64,000 nt of DNA from Acutalibacteraceae bacterium (GTDB lineage: Bacteria > Bacillota > Clostridia > Oscillospirales > Acutalibacteraceae): NCBI GenBank assembly GCA_045648305.1, contig JAZRNR010000163.1:45929-109928 (forward strand), read 5' to 3'. Each line of letters begins with the position of its first letter. The first letter of the stretch is position 1. This document shows positions 28,583 through 39,128 of this stretch, piece after piece. Position numbers and translations under genes: made by a program. A model generated the notes under the pieces. It saw only the letters and a program-made list of their open reading frames with translations, ran no database searches and had not been told where the DNA came from.

Positions 28583-29368
28583 ATGTATAAGATTAATAAT
28601 TTTCAGAATAACGACGATGTAAGGATTCTCGATGAAAGAGGACCCTTTACCATTATTGAATACAAGAAAGATTTGAGTGTTACACCTTCAACGGCAATGC
28701 TCGCTTTCTTCTGTAACGAGATGAACGTAAGAAAACGTCAGCTCATCTGCAACCTTGCGGAAGCTGATGTCACAGTGCAGGCAGGAGCAATGCAGTGGTC
28801 TGTCGGTAATGTAAATGCAACAACAGGCATTAAGGGTGTAGGTGACCTTTTCGGCAAGGCAATCCGTGGCAAGGTTACGGGTGAAAGTGCAATCAAGCCC
28901 GAATACACAGGTAACGGTACACTTGTTCTTGAACCCACCTATAAGCATATTATTCTTATGAATACAGCCGACTGGAACGGCGCAGTTGTCCTTGATGACG
29001 GTCTTTTCCTTGCCTGCGATTCTGCACTTGAACAGAAAGCAGTAATGCGTACAAACCTTTCTTCAGCGGCTCTCGGTGGTGAAGGTCTTTTCAATCTCGG
29101 ACTTACAGGCAACGGTATGTTTGCCATTGAATCAAGATGTCCGAAAGAAGAACTCATTGAAATTGAACTCAATAACGATGTTCTCAAGGTTGACGGCAAT
29201 CTTGCTCTTGCCTGGAGTAAGTCACTCGATTTCACGGTTGAGCGTTCAGGCAAAACACTTGTAGGCTCTGCCGCATCCGGCGAAGGTCTTGTAAATGTTT
29301 ACAGAGGTACCGGTAAGGTTCTTCTTGCTCCTATTGATAAGACGATGCTTTACAACACTATCAACTGA
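28583..29368 (+). CDS. AIM24/DUF124-like protein
   Basis: Pattern QAGAMQWSVGNVNATTG....GESAIKPEYTGNGTLVLEP....GGEGLFNLGLTGNGMFAIES....GEGLVNVYRGTGKVLLAP. Confidence 0.6.
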   Translation: MYKINNFQNNDDVRILDERGPFTIIEYKKDLSVTPSTAMLAFFCNEMNVRKRQLICNLAEADVTVQAGAMQWSVGNVNATTGIKGVGDLFGKAIRGKVTGESAIKPEYTGNGTLVLEPTYKHIILMNTADWNGAVVLDDGLFLACDSALEQKAVMRTNLSSAALGGEGLFNLGLTGNGMFAIESRCPKEELIEIELNNDVLKVDGNLALAWSKSLDFTVERSGKTLVGSAASGEGLVNVYRGTGKVLLAPIDKTMLYNTIN

Positions 29369-29403
29369 ACCAATCAAATCTGAATTTAATTTAGGAGGTG
29401 ACT

Positions 29404-31356
29404 ATGGGTAAAGGTATTAAGACTCGTGAAGTAGTCAAAAATATTAAGGTTCACGATACTGCTGTGAATGTCGGTGACAGAATGAAAAACATCGGTGTCA
29501 AAACAAAAGACACCGTTAATGAAAACATCAATCAGGCTGATAATGTCACACCTGAACAGTATGCAACAGATAAAGTATCTGAAACAATGCGAACAGGCAG
29601 TGAAAGTGTTGCTGTCGGCACAGAAAAAGCAATCCGCAAGGGTGCAAGTAAAGCGAAAGATAAAATCAAAGAGAAAAGAGCCGAGAAGAAAGCAGCAAAA
29701 GAAACGGAGAAAAAAACCGATAATCCACCTGATGAAGAAGCTCCTGAAGGCGAAAAACCAAAAGGGGAGAGCGAATCTTCTCCTAAAGAGAAATCATCTG
29801 AAACCGGAAAACAGCAGAACAGTCAGAAAACCACTAAATCTAAAACAGACAAAGGCGATGCCAACGTTGTTAAAGAAAAGCAGGATAAACCCGTAATCAA
29901 AGAAAAAACTCAGGCACCGCCTAAAACAAAGACACAGCCTGAAACAACAGTTGAGGAAATAAAGAAACCCCGACAAAGAAAGCAAACTGCACCTAAAACC
30001 AAAGGTAAAGCCAATATTAAAAAGCTCAGTGCCGAAAAACAAACAGTTAAGACGGTCAATAACGGAACCCGTAAGATAAAGCAGTCACAGAGAAGTCTTA
30101 ACAATACCGCCAAAGGTATTAAGAAAGCAGATAAAACTGTAAAAACAGCAAAGAGCGTAGCCAAGAAAACTGCATCGGCAACAAAGAAAAGTGCAGAAAC
30201 AGCAAGAAGAACAAAACAGGCTGCACAAGCAACTGCAAAAGCGACAGTTAAAACCGTTAAGGTTGTGTCAAAAGTAGTTGTTGAAGCGGGCAAGGCTGTT
30301 GTTGCAGGAGTTAAAAGCATAGGTGCTGCTATTGCTGCTGGCGGAGCACCTGCCGTTATTGTTATCATTGTTATCTGCTTAATCGGCGCTATCGGAGGTA
30401 CTTGTTTCGGTATCTTTCTTGCAAACGATGAAACAACCGGCACGAACAAAACAATGTCACAGGCTATATCAGAACTCACATCCGAACACTATGCAAATCT
30501 TACTGCGATGAAAGCATCCTACACTTATGATTTACTTGAAGTGCAAGGAGACACTTCGATAAATTGGAAGGATGTTCTTGCAGTTTATGCAGTAAAAACA
30601 ACCTCAGGCGAAAATCCGCTTGAGGTTGTGACTTTAGATGATGCTAAAATGGAGCTTCTTCGTGAAATTATGAAGGATATGAACACAATGACGGGTGTTG
30701 TTACACCTAAAGTTGTTGCGGAAACTACCGTTACAACAGATGAAAACGGTAACTCAATCAAAACAACAACCTATGTCACAAAGAAGGTTCTTACAGTATC
30801 AATTATTCAGTTGAGTGTAGATGAAATCTCTGCTCTTTACAATTTCAATGACGAGCAAAAAGCATTGTTGGAGGAATTGATGAGTGATGAATATTCCGAC
30901 TTGTGGGGAGAGCTTCTCGGAGCAAGCGGACAGATTATTCAAAGCGGCAGTTCTTATGTCGGCACAGGTATGTTTACTTGGCCGTTTGAAAGTACACAGA
31001 CCGTTACTTCTCGTTTCGGAACTCGTGTTGACCCGATTTCAGGTGAAGTAAAAACTCACGGTGGTACAGATATTGCAGCTCCGCTCGGAACACCTATTCT
31101 TGCAGCGGCTGATGGAACAGTAGTAACTGCAACTTGGCATAATTCTTACGGATATTATGTAAAGATTAAACACGATAACACTTATTCAACGCTTTACGGA
31201 CATTGTTCAGCTCTCCATGTATCTGCCGGACAGACAGTAAAACAAGGACAGGTAATTGCAGATTGCGGTTCAACAGGTTACTCAACAGGACCTCATTGCC
31301 ATTTTGAGGTTATTCAGAATGGTGTCAGAGTTGATGCGTTGAGGTTTTATAAGTAG
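29404..31356 (+). CDS. conjugation cell-wall hydrolase: Lys-rich region, TM segment, C-terminal M23 peptidase
   Basis: AGGAGG lies 6 nt upstream of ATG 29404. M23 motifs HGGTDIAAPLGTPILAAADG and GSTGYSTGPHCHFEV. Confidence 0.85.
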   Translation: MGKGIKTREVVKNIKVHDTAVNVGDRMKNIGVKTKDTVNENINQADNVTPEQYATDKVSETMRTGSESVAVGTEKAIRKGASKAKDKIKEKRAEKKAAKETEKKTDNPPDEEAPEGEKPKGESESSPKEKSSETGKQQNSQKTTKSKTDKGDANVVKEKQDKPVIKEKTQAPPKTKTQPETTVEEIKKPRQRKQTAPKTKGKANIKKLSAEKQTVKTVNNGTRKIKQSQRSLNNTAKGIKKADKTVKTAKSVAKKTASATKKSAETARRTKQAAQATAKATVKTVKVVSKVVVEAGKAVVAGVKSIGAAIAAGGAPAVIVIIVICLIGAIGGTCFGIFLANDETTGTNKTMSQAISELTSEHYANLTAMKASYTYDLLEVQGDTSINWKDVLAVYAVKTTSGENPLEVVTLDDAKMELLREIMKDMNTMTGVVTPKVVAETTVTTDENGNSIKTTTYVTKKVLTVSIIQLSVDEISALYNFNDEQKALLEELMSDEYSDLWGELLGASGQIIQSGSSYVGTGMFTWPFESTQTVTSRFGTRVDPISGEVKTHGGTDIAAPLGTPILAAADGTVVTATWHNSYGYYVKIKHDNTYSTLYGHCSALHVSAGQTVKQGQVIADCGSTGYSTGPHCHFEVIQNGVRVDALRFYK

Positions 31357-31609
31357 ATATCAGTTGAATAAGTGCAGATAAAAATACTCTACCGTAGTTT
31401 GACCGAGAGGGATAGGTACTTCTCTGGGTGGTAAGATAAGGTTTAGGATGAGATAATCGCTAACCTAACGATATTGAGTTGCATTTTTGTTTGACATAAT
31501 AATATTTTTCTTTCCATAAAAACATCCTGTTATTTGGTAGCTTAATTTTACCTAATAGCAGGAGGTTAGTCTAATGTGTAGATAAAATAATATTCAAACT
31601 TCAAATCAC

Positions 31610-31643
31610 AACGTTTTTGCAGTAAACCGGAGCGTTTTTGCAG
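31610..31643 (+). promoter_or_regulatory. direct repeat AACGTTTTTGCAG / AGCGTTTTTGCAG with 21-bp period (LytTR-type site candidate)
   Basis: Copies at 31610-31622 and 31631-31643, about 295 nt upstream of the RHS1 start. Confidence 0.4.
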
Positions 31644-31904
31644 GATGCATTGCAGTAAACATCTTCACATAATATTGTATATGTATAGATATAAATACAA
31701 TTATTTACAAAGCTATATTGCCAAAGACTAAATCAAGCACTCAAAACAAGCTGAATATTCATACGCAGCAATAAAAATCTCATATCGATTAAGAATAAGC
31801 TGCGGTTTCCGTAGCTTATTTTGCTTTAAATAACAAGGGAAGTGGTCAAAATGCAGATGTAATTGTGTTCTTAAACTCAAAAGAAATACAAGGAGGATAA
31901 ATTT

Positions 31905-34900
31905 ATGAAAACAAAAATGTGGATAAGAATCATATCAACAATTCTTTCAATTCTTTTTGTGCTTGAAATTCTGCCAATTTCTGTAATGGCGGAAGAGTAC
32001 AACAAATACAAAGATTTATCAAACGCAGAACTGTTTACTCAGCAGGAAGAAAAATCGCCTATCGTTTCCGAAGTGGTTTCTGAACGCGATGCCTTCAAGA
32101 AGGTTTTTGAACGCGAAGACGGTTCGTTTACAGCAATCATTTCATCCGGTCCCGTTCACTATTTCGAAGACGGTGAATGGCTTGAAATTGACAATACACT
32201 TACAGAAACAAACGGTACAATCACAAACGAAAGTAATGGCTTTTCCGTTGACTTGCCGTCAGAGATAACATCAGACAAAAATGTAACCATAGCAACTGAA
32301 AAGGCAGAACTTTCATTTACTATGGAAAACATATCATCATCTGTAGCAGAGATCGCAGAGATTGAACCTGTTAATGATGAAACATCGCTTATGATGGGTC
32401 TTGACAACATCGCTTCATCTGTTGAATACACATCTGTTATGACAAATACTGATCTTGTGTATGATATCGGTGCAGACTCTGTTAAGGAAAGCATAATTCT
32501 TTCATCTTGCCCATCTCAGGTAACTGACTATTCATATACAATTAATACAAATGGTGCTACTCTCTATCTTAATGAAGATAACAGCATCAATGTTGTTAAG
32601 AACGGACAGATTGAGTTTGTTATCGAAGCTCCGTATATGTTTGATTCAAACGGTATTTCGACAGATTATATTGATGTATCACTTGAAAACATCGGTGAAT
32701 CTACATATACCCTTACATACTCTCCTGATTATGATTGGCTTTCATCAGACGAGAGAGTATACCCCGTAACAATCGACCCGACAACTACAGTTTATTCTGC
32801 GACTGCTATTTCGGAGGCATTTATCGGAACGGTTGATTCAACTGCAACTGATCTCGATAAGTTTCACTATTTAAAGAATGCAAATAGACTTTATTTTAAA
32901 TATTCAGATTCTGTTTCAAATGGTTTTGGTAAGAATGCAGTTATCACAAATGCTGAGTTTTCTCTTTACTGCGAGGCTTTGACGGACGATGATACTCTTG
33001 CTGTTTTTCCGATTTCTTCAGAGTGGACCGAAGAAACTGTAACTCCTGTCACAGAAACTGCAGACTTGCTTGATTATAATATCATCAAATATGGTGAATC
33101 AGCAAAACGTTATGTTTGGGATATTACTGAAATAGCGGCAAAATGGCAGATGAATCAGTTTGATAACAACGGTATATCTATAAGACAGCTTAGCGATACA
33201 ATCAACACAAAAATTTACCGTTCTACAACTGCTAATCTTACTTCGCGCAGACCTTGGTTCCAGATTGACTATGTAACAATCGATAATATGGCAGAATATG
33301 ATACTGAAACTGTCGATATGGGTAGAGCGGGTACATTCTATCTCAATAAATATACCGGCACATATTATGTCAAAAGATCAGACCTTAGTCTCAACGGTAA
33401 TGTTTCTCCTGTAGAAATGAGCTTTACATATGATCCGTGGAGTGCAAGTATTACACGAGGTTCATCCTACGGTGCTTATTGGATTACAGATTACTACAAC
33501 AAAATATTCTATAGTCAGACTGTAACAGAGAATGATATTACAAGACATCAGTATACATTCAGAGACAATGGAGGTATCAAAACACGTTTTGTCGAGGTTG
33601 TATCAACAGATGAAGATTACAGTACAGTGCCTGAAGGATTCACTGAATCATACCTCACAGATTATACAAGATACAAGGCGGTTTCAGGTGATTTAAACAA
33701 ATGTCTTTGGGTTCCTAAGTCGGATACAACTTACAAAGATTTCGCTAATATGATTATCGAGGACTCTACTTATCGTTACACGATTGACAGCATCAATAGA
33801 GTAACATCACGAGTACATAAGACAAGTGGTGCGGTAATAGCTATCGAACACAGAACAGCATCATCTGATGCAATTCGTTCTGTAACTGATGGTGTCGGAA
33901 GAAAATATGATCTTCCATCAGCAAAAGATACTAATGGCAAGACAATTACAGATAAGTTGGTAATGTACAATTCTTCAGGTAATGTGATTAAAGTTTCAAC
34001 TCTTACAGGGGATGTCGCAATCGGAGTAGATTATGGTTATACCGCAATTGATGATGCAACATCGCATCTTACAACAGTAACCTACGCTGACGGCGAAGCA
34101 ATTACTTACGAATACAACACAGACGGACTTATGACATCTGTCACTAATGTTGACGGTTCTCGTCTTGAACTTCGTTACAGCGGTGACAGAGTAATCGGCT
34201 ATACAAAGTATGCTTATTATGTATCAGCCGGCAATTCACAGAACTGCTTTGAAAGTCAGCTTGATATTAGCTTTGACGGACCGAAACAAAGAACATTTAC
34301 ATATTATGAATATGATAAAACCACTCCGTCAATTGTTACTAAGCAGCGTTATGATTCAACACTGCAGGCAACTGATTATATAAACAGTGACGGAGAATAC
34401 AGTTATACAAAAACAATAACAACCGATACAACTGAAATTGCAAGTTATTCAACAAATGACGATGAGGCAACCAACCTCATTGCAAATGGTAATTTTGAAA
34501 GTGGTAAAACAGGTTGGATAAGTGTACCGGATAATGCAAGTATCGGATTGCCTGTGCTTAGTGAAACGTTTGCTTTTGATGGAGTTTCCGGTAAAATGAT
34601 TTCGCTTAACTCAGGTTTAAGAAAGAATCTTCGTGTAGGTCAGACTATTTCAAGTTTACCCGCAAATGAAGATACAGTTTACACTTTGAGTGCTTGGGCA
34701 AAAACGTATCGTTCTGTGGCGACAAGCTATGTTAATGACCACGCACATCTCGATAAAACTTTTGCGATTTGTGTAACAGATAACGAAGGCAATGTTCTTG
34801 CACAGTATGATTTTGACACAACGACCGATGAATGGCAGTTCGGTGCTGTTTCATTCGAAACAGATGTCACTCTTGAAAATATCAAAGTAATTCTTATGGC

Positions 34901-37814
34901 AGACGGTCAAATGGCATATACAAGATTTGATGATGTCAGGTTGATTGAAAGTTCCACAAGTAGTGTGGAAATATTGTTAGATGAGGTAGAAACTTTTGAT
35001 ACTCAATCGACAGAAATCGATGAAGCTTCACATTGTTCTTGTAGTGATTGCTCAGATGGTACTTGCAATTGCCACGAGTGCTTAAACGAAGAATGTGATT
35101 GCATAGGCGAATGCACGCATCAGACCTGTGTCGGATGTTCAAAGTCTAAAGACATAGAAAAGAATGAACATGGTAGCATAACCAGTCAAAGCACAACGGT
35201 TGGAGATAAATCTTCCACAACCTCAATAACATACACCGAGAACGGCAACTATGTTTCCGATGGAATTGACCCTAACGGAACAACTACAACCTTGAATTAT
35301 AACGAAGACAACGGTTATCTAGATTCAGTTGTCGATGGAAATGGTAATCAGATTTCATACAAGTATACAGCTTATGGTGCTTTAGCTCAGGTTTCACAGG
35401 TTGTATCAGGTTTATCAAACGGTTCGTTTGTAAGTAAGGAATATACTTATCTTCACGATAGATTAACCGCAGTTACGCATAATGGTTTTTCATACACCTT
35501 TGACTATGACGGTTATGGAAATAAAACATCTGTAAAAGTTGAAAATCAAGCACTTGTAAACTATTCTTATAATACTGATCGTTCACTTAACACGATCGAG
35601 TATTCTAACGGTCAAAAAATACATTATAACTATACTGATTACGGTTTTATTACGGGTATATGGTTTGATGATGACACCAACTGTAAGTACACCTACAATT
35701 ACGACAGTGCAGGCAGATTGGTTTCAAGTATTGATAACATCAACTCTACAATCACCAATTATGCTGAAGACAACAGCTTTAGCGTATATGAATATTCAAA
35801 TGGAACAACTGGCGAATTGATTTATTCAACGTCATTTACTGATGAAGGTTCCACGATAAATAATGTTTATGGTAACTCCTACGAGCATTACGAAGCTGAC
35901 ACAGATTATAATCACGATACAGGGACTTCTGTTGTCACGAACAGAATAGAAAACGGTGATGAAGTTTTATTTGATGTCATTGAAACAACAGACTATTTTG
36001 ACAGAGAAATAAGTCAAAAAATTAAGATTTCTGATAATATGTACTATAACTATGAGTACAGTTACGGTGATACCCCTGACACAGCAAAAACACAATTGGA
36101 TTCTTGTGTTTATTCTGCTTTGGTCCCATCGGGTACATTAAGCAGTGTTACTTGGTCTTGGGATTACGATAATAACGGTAATCTTACTCACGTTATGGAG
36201 TATAACCCCGAAACGCAGGTTGAACGTGAAATTTACACTTATTTGTATGATGAAGCGGGACAACTTATCAGGTGTAACGATTTTTGTGAAGAAGCTACTT
36301 ATACATACACCTATGATATCGGTGGCAATCTCGTAACAAAGAAAATTTTTGCATACACTACAGGTGAACTGGGAGAGCCTTTGGATACAATTAATTATAC
36401 TTACGATTCCATATGGAAAGATCAGTTGACAAGTTTTGATGGTAAGACTATAATTTATGATAGTGTTGGCAACCCTTTATCTTATGATGGTTGGTCATTC
36501 ACTTGGAGTGCAGGCAGACAGTTATCTTCTGTTTCAAATGCAGATAAATCTTTGGCATTCAAATATAACGACAGAGGTTTAAGAACTGAAAAAACGTTAA
36601 CTGTAAACGGAATAACAACTGTTATTGAGTATGTCTGGAACGAAGATAAACTCATAAGTCAGAGTGACGGCATAAATCAACTGTATTTTATTTACGACAG
36701 CGAGGATCGCCCGATAGCCTTTGTACTTAACGGAAATCAAACTTTCTACTATATGAAAAGTCCGTTAGGCGATGTTGTTGCAATCTATGACAAAAACGGT
36801 GTTTATGCCGGTGGATATCAGTATGATTCTTGGGGTAATTGTACTTCTAATATGTCTGATGATTATCCTAACTTGATTTATCTCAATCCGTTTAGATATC
36901 GTGGTTATGTTTATGATTCGGAAACAAAACTGTATTATCTCCAGTCACGTTATTATAATCCAGAATGGGGCAGGTTTATCAATGCGGATGATGTGGATGA
37001 AGTTATTGGTGTTATTCCAAATAGTATATCAATAATTGATAATATATGTACTGTTAATCTTTTTGCATATGCATTAAATAATTCTGTAATGTGTGTTGAT
37101 TATACAGGTAAAGCATCTACAACTAAAATGAATGCTGCGGAAAAAACTGTAATGCAGGTGTTTTTTATTGTAATAGCATACAACTTCACCACAATAAAAG
37201 GGTGTTCATATAATGGTTTGATTACTACAAAAGGAGCAATTAGTATCAATTTTCTTTCAACAACCTTTTATTATAAGGGGCAAGTTGGTTATGATAAAGT
37301 TTATATTAGAGCGTCAAACGAAAGCGATAATTTTTATTCTGTAATTGATTCATACAAAAAGGCGTTTGGTGAAGAAGTATATAGCCTTTTAGCAGATGTT
37401 GCATTAGAAAAATTTAAACAAGAGTATTATTATCCATCCAAAAAGAATAATAATGAAAAAATTTTCCCTAATAGAGATTTTTTGTTTTCAAAAAAATGTT
37501 TAACCAAAGAAATTAAATTGCATTTTGAAGGATATATGTGGTCAATTAACAAAAAGGGATATTATTGTCCATTGGTATTTACTCTTTATAAAATTGTAAA
37601 AGTAAAAACGAAAGCTAATATTGGAGAAGCTTGTAGAGCTGCTGATATATTAGAAAGAGGGGTTCACGACGAAATATTGGAATCCATTGGATTTGATTAT
37701 TACAATGGAATAAACAATAAATATCAAAAAACCAAAGAGGATCCGTATTTCAATACGGTTACGAAAAAACGAAGTCGTACTGTATATGAAGATTGGAAAT
37801 ATTTATTATTTTAG
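31905..37814 (+). CDS. secreted WapA-like RHS/YD-repeat polymorphic toxin 1
   Basis: Signal peptide MKTKMWIRIISTILSILFVLEILPISVMA. Many YD repeats and a CBM-like NGNFESGKTGW segment. The core ends at RYRGYVYDSETKLYYLQSRYYNPEWGRFINAD, followed by an unrelated AT-rich tail of about 270 aa. Confidence 0.9.
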   Translation: MKTKMWIRIISTILSILFVLEILPISVMAEEYNKYKDLSNAELFTQQEEKSPIVSEVVSERDAFKKVFEREDGSFTAIISSGPVHYFEDGEWLEIDNTLTETNGTITNESNGFSVDLPSEITSDKNVTIATEKAELSFTMENISSSVAEIAEIEPVNDETSLMMGLDNIASSVEYTSVMTNTDLVYDIGADSVKESIILSSCPSQVTDYSYTINTNGATLYLNEDNSINVVKNGQIEFVIEAPYMFDSNGISTDYIDVSLENIGESTYTLTYSPDYDWLSSDERVYPVTIDPTTTVYSATAISEAFIGTVDSTATDLDKFHYLKNANRLYFKYSDSVSNGFGKNAVITNAEFSLYCEALTDDDTLAVFPISSEWTEETVTPVTETADLLDYNIIKYGESAKRYVWDITEIAAKWQMNQFDNNGISIRQLSDTINTKIYRSTTANLTSRRPWFQIDYVTIDNMAEYDTETVDMGRAGTFYLNKYTGTYYVKRSDLSLNGNVSPVEMSFTYDPWSASITRGSSYGAYWITDYYNKIFYSQTVTENDITRHQYTFRDNGGIKTRFVEVVSTDEDYSTVPEGFTESYLTDYTRYKAVSGDLNKCLWVPKSDTTYKDFANMIIEDSTYRYTIDSINRVTSRVHKTSGAVIAIEHRTASSDAIRSVTDGVGRKYDLPSAKDTNGKTITDKLVMYNSSGNVIKVSTLTGDVAIGVDYGYTAIDDATSHLTTVTYADGEAITYEYNTDGLMTSVTNVDGSRLELRYSGDRVIGYTKYAYYVSAGNSQNCFESQLDISFDGPKQRTFTYYEYDKTTPSIVTKQRYDSTLQATDYINSDGEYSYTKTITTDTTEIASYSTNDDEATNLIANGNFESGKTGWISVPDNASIGLPVLSETFAFDGVSGKMISLNSGLRKNLRVGQTISSLPANEDTVYTLSAWAKTYRSVATSYVNDHAHLDKTFAICVTDNEGNVLAQYDFDTTTDEWQFGAVSFETDVTLENIKVILMADGQMAYTRFDDVRLIESSTSSVEILLDEVETFDTQSTEIDEASHCSCSDCSDGTCNCHECLNEECDCIGECTHQTCVGCSKSKDIEKNEHGSITSQSTTVGDKSSTTSITYTENGNYVSDGIDPNGTTTTLNYNEDNGYLDSVVDGNGNQISYKYTAYGALAQVSQVVSGLSNGSFVSKEYTYLHDRLTAVTHNGFSYTFDYDGYGNKTSVKVENQALVNYSYNTDRSLNTIEYSNGQKIHYNYTDYGFITGIWFDDDTNCKYTYNYDSAGRLVSSIDNINSTITNYAEDNSFSVYEYSNGTTGELIYSTSFTDEGSTINNVYGNSYEHYEADTDYNHDTGTSVVTNRIENGDEVLFDVIETTDYFDREISQKIKISDNMYYNYEYSYGDTPDTAKTQLDSCVYSALVPSGTLSSVTWSWDYDNNGNLTHVMEYNPETQVEREIYTYLYDEAGQLIRCNDFCEEATYTYTYDIGGNLVTKKIFAYTTGELGEPLDTINYTYDSIWKDQLTSFDGKTIIYDSVGNPLSYDGWSFTWSAGRQLSSVSNADKSLAFKYNDRGLRTEKTLTVNGITTVIEYVWNEDKLISQSDGINQLYFIYDSEDRPIAFVLNGNQTFYYMKSPLGDVVAIYDKNGVYAGGYQYDSWGNCTSNMSDDYPNLIYLNPFRYRGYVYDSETKLYYLQSRYYNPEWGRFINADDVDEVIGVIPNSISIIDNICTVNLFAYALNNSVMCVDYTGKASTTKMNAAEKTVMQVFFIVIAYNFTTIKGCSYNGLITTKGAISINFLSTTFYYKGQVGYDKVYIRASNESDNFYSVIDSYKKAFGEEVYSLLADVALEKFKQEYYYPSKKNNNEKIFPNRDFLFSKKCLTKEIKLHFEGYMWSINKKGYYCPLVFTLYKIVKVKTKANIGEACRAADILERGVHDEILESIGFDYYNGINNKYQKTKEDPYFNTVTKKRSRTVYEDWKYLLF

Positions 37815-37826
37815 GGTGAAAATCAT

Positions 37827-38576
37827 ATGAAAAAATTTTTGAGAATTTTGGTTATTGTGTTAACAAGTGTGATTGTACTAATTTTAGGAATAATAAATTT
37901 TCCTATTGGAATAAATACATCGGATTCTATTATTAAACCCATAGTAAAGGAAGTAGAAAATAAAAAAATGCTTTGCTATGCTTACGGTGAGAATGTTTTC
38001 GCTGAAGATTATTATAGTTTAAAGTTACCTTACGCGCATGTAAACCTTGTTTACAAAAATGAAATTATTGTGAAAGAAGTTTATACATCAAGATTCAAAA
38101 AACTTTTTCCGACAATTTTAAAAGAAAAGTTTTTGATTATAGGTAATGAAAAAATAGTTGAACATACAGGCTTTTTATATGACCCGGTGTATTATAATAT
38201 TGGCATTAATGTACCGGAAATAGTTGCTGAAAACATAAAAGAAATTTCTTTGTGTGAGGGAACTTATCATTATTATTGGTATAAGCCAACGGATGATGTT
38301 GAAACAATACATGATGTTGTCCAATCATTATATTCAGAAGAAGTCAATAATGAAGTAAAGTACAAAGAGTGCGATGTTAAGGTTGTCGAATCTCATTCTG
38401 ATCTTGAATACATAGAAAACTTTGTAGAAAATATAAAAAATTCTACAAAAATTCTTAATCAGGACGGGTATTATACTATGGATTTTGAAGACCAAAAAGT
38501 AATGTATCGTATAGAGTTCAAAGACGAGGAATTCCCTTTTTATTTAATTGTTGCTATAGTAGGGGGGATGTATTAA
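37827..38576 (+). CDS. candidate immunity protein for RHS toxin 1 (N-terminal TM anchor)
   Basis: Starts 12 nt after the toxin stop. It has the same AT-rich composition as the toxin tail. Confidence 0.55.
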   Translation: MKKFLRILVIVLTSVIVLILGIINFPIGINTSDSIIKPIVKEVENKKMLCYAYGENVFAEDYYSLKLPYAHVNLVYKNEIIVKEVYTSRFKKLFPTILKEKFLIIGNEKIVEHTGFLYDPVYYNIGINVPEIVAENIKEISLCEGTYHYYWYKPTDDVETIHDVVQSLYSEEVNNEVKYKECDVKVVESHSDLEYIENFVENIKNSTKILNQDGYYTMDFEDQKVMYRIEFKDEEFPFYLIVAIVGGMY

Positions 38577-38700
38577 GACAGGATTAGCGCAGGGGACGAT
38601 TAGCGTGAAAACCTAAAAGTGTAGACCCTGCAAAAAGACAATACTAAACCAAGGCTGTTGCAAAAATGTGACAGCCTTAGGTGCAGAAAAATATTTAAAA

Positions 38701-38743
38701 CACAAAGGGACGGTTCTTGTAGCACAGGGGACGGTTCTCTGTG
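38701..38743 (+). repeat. tandem copies of a 21-22-nt motif (CACAAAGGGACGGTTCTTGTAG, CACAGGGGACGGTTCTCTGTG)
   Basis: The second copy is identical to 41756-41776. A looser copy, GCAGGGGACGATTAGCGTG, lies at about 38589-38607. Confidence 0.7.
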
Positions 38744-38817
38744 TTAGTTAAAAATCAAAATCCCATGGGGTAACCACTCCCCATGGGTAAACCAAAATCA
38801 AATATCTTTCAACGCGG

Positions 38818-38855
38818 AAGCACCCATTAATTTGGGTGCTTTCTGCTTTGTGTTT
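38818..38855 (+). terminator. hairpin with U-rich tail (copy A of the duplicated junction)
   Basis: AAGCACCCA / TGGGTGCTT stem followed by CTGCTTTGTGTTT. Homologous to 41813-41849. Confidence 0.55.
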
Positions 38856-38883
38856 ACAAGCTTGCAAAACTTGACGAAAATCT

Positions 38884-38914
38884 AACGTTTTTGTCGAAAA
38901 ATGAGACTTTTATG
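38884..38914 (+). promoter_or_regulatory. AACGTTTTTG half-site with a degenerate second repeat
   Basis: AACGTTTTTG at 38884-38893. The segment 21 nt downstream (AGACTTTTAT) matches only weakly. About 245 nt upstream of 39129. Confidence 0.25.
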
Positions 38915-39128
38915 CATAGTAACTTGACTTAGTTCTATATAGAAGTAAATTAATAGTAAAAATGTGTTTCTATTAACAATGCCCAAAATGATTTCAAGGT
39001 GGGGTGTGACGATTCTATAATATTATATTTCTTGATATAAACATATAATTAATTTATCCGTTTGATATATTTAATTATATAAATTGTGCAGATAATATTT
39101 TATATAATAATTTAAAGGTGGGAGTCAA

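Noticed and set aside
29495-29896. 133-aa alternate-frame ORF rich in Lys/Arg
   Set aside because: It is a frame-shifted reading of the Lys-rich region of the hydrolase gene, not an independent gene.
29910-30479. 189-aa reverse-strand ORF encoding a very hydrophobic Ala/Leu/Val/Thr-rich product
   Set aside because: It lies antisense to the Lys/Ala/Thr-rich linker of the M23 hydrolase gene. This is the typical mirror-frame artefact of low-complexity coding sequence. It has no RBS.
31480-31560. Imperfect hairpin with a T-run on the reverse strand (CCTGCTATTAGGTA...TACCAAATAACAGG) as a terminator
   Set aside because: No reverse-strand gene lies upstream of it. It may be a relic, and there is too little support to call it.
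38587-38743. Possible CRISPR-like array from the repeated GGGACGGTTCT-containing motif
   Set aside because: There are only three loosely similar copies. Two are directly abutting with no spacer. No cas genes are present. It was treated as a junction repeat instead.
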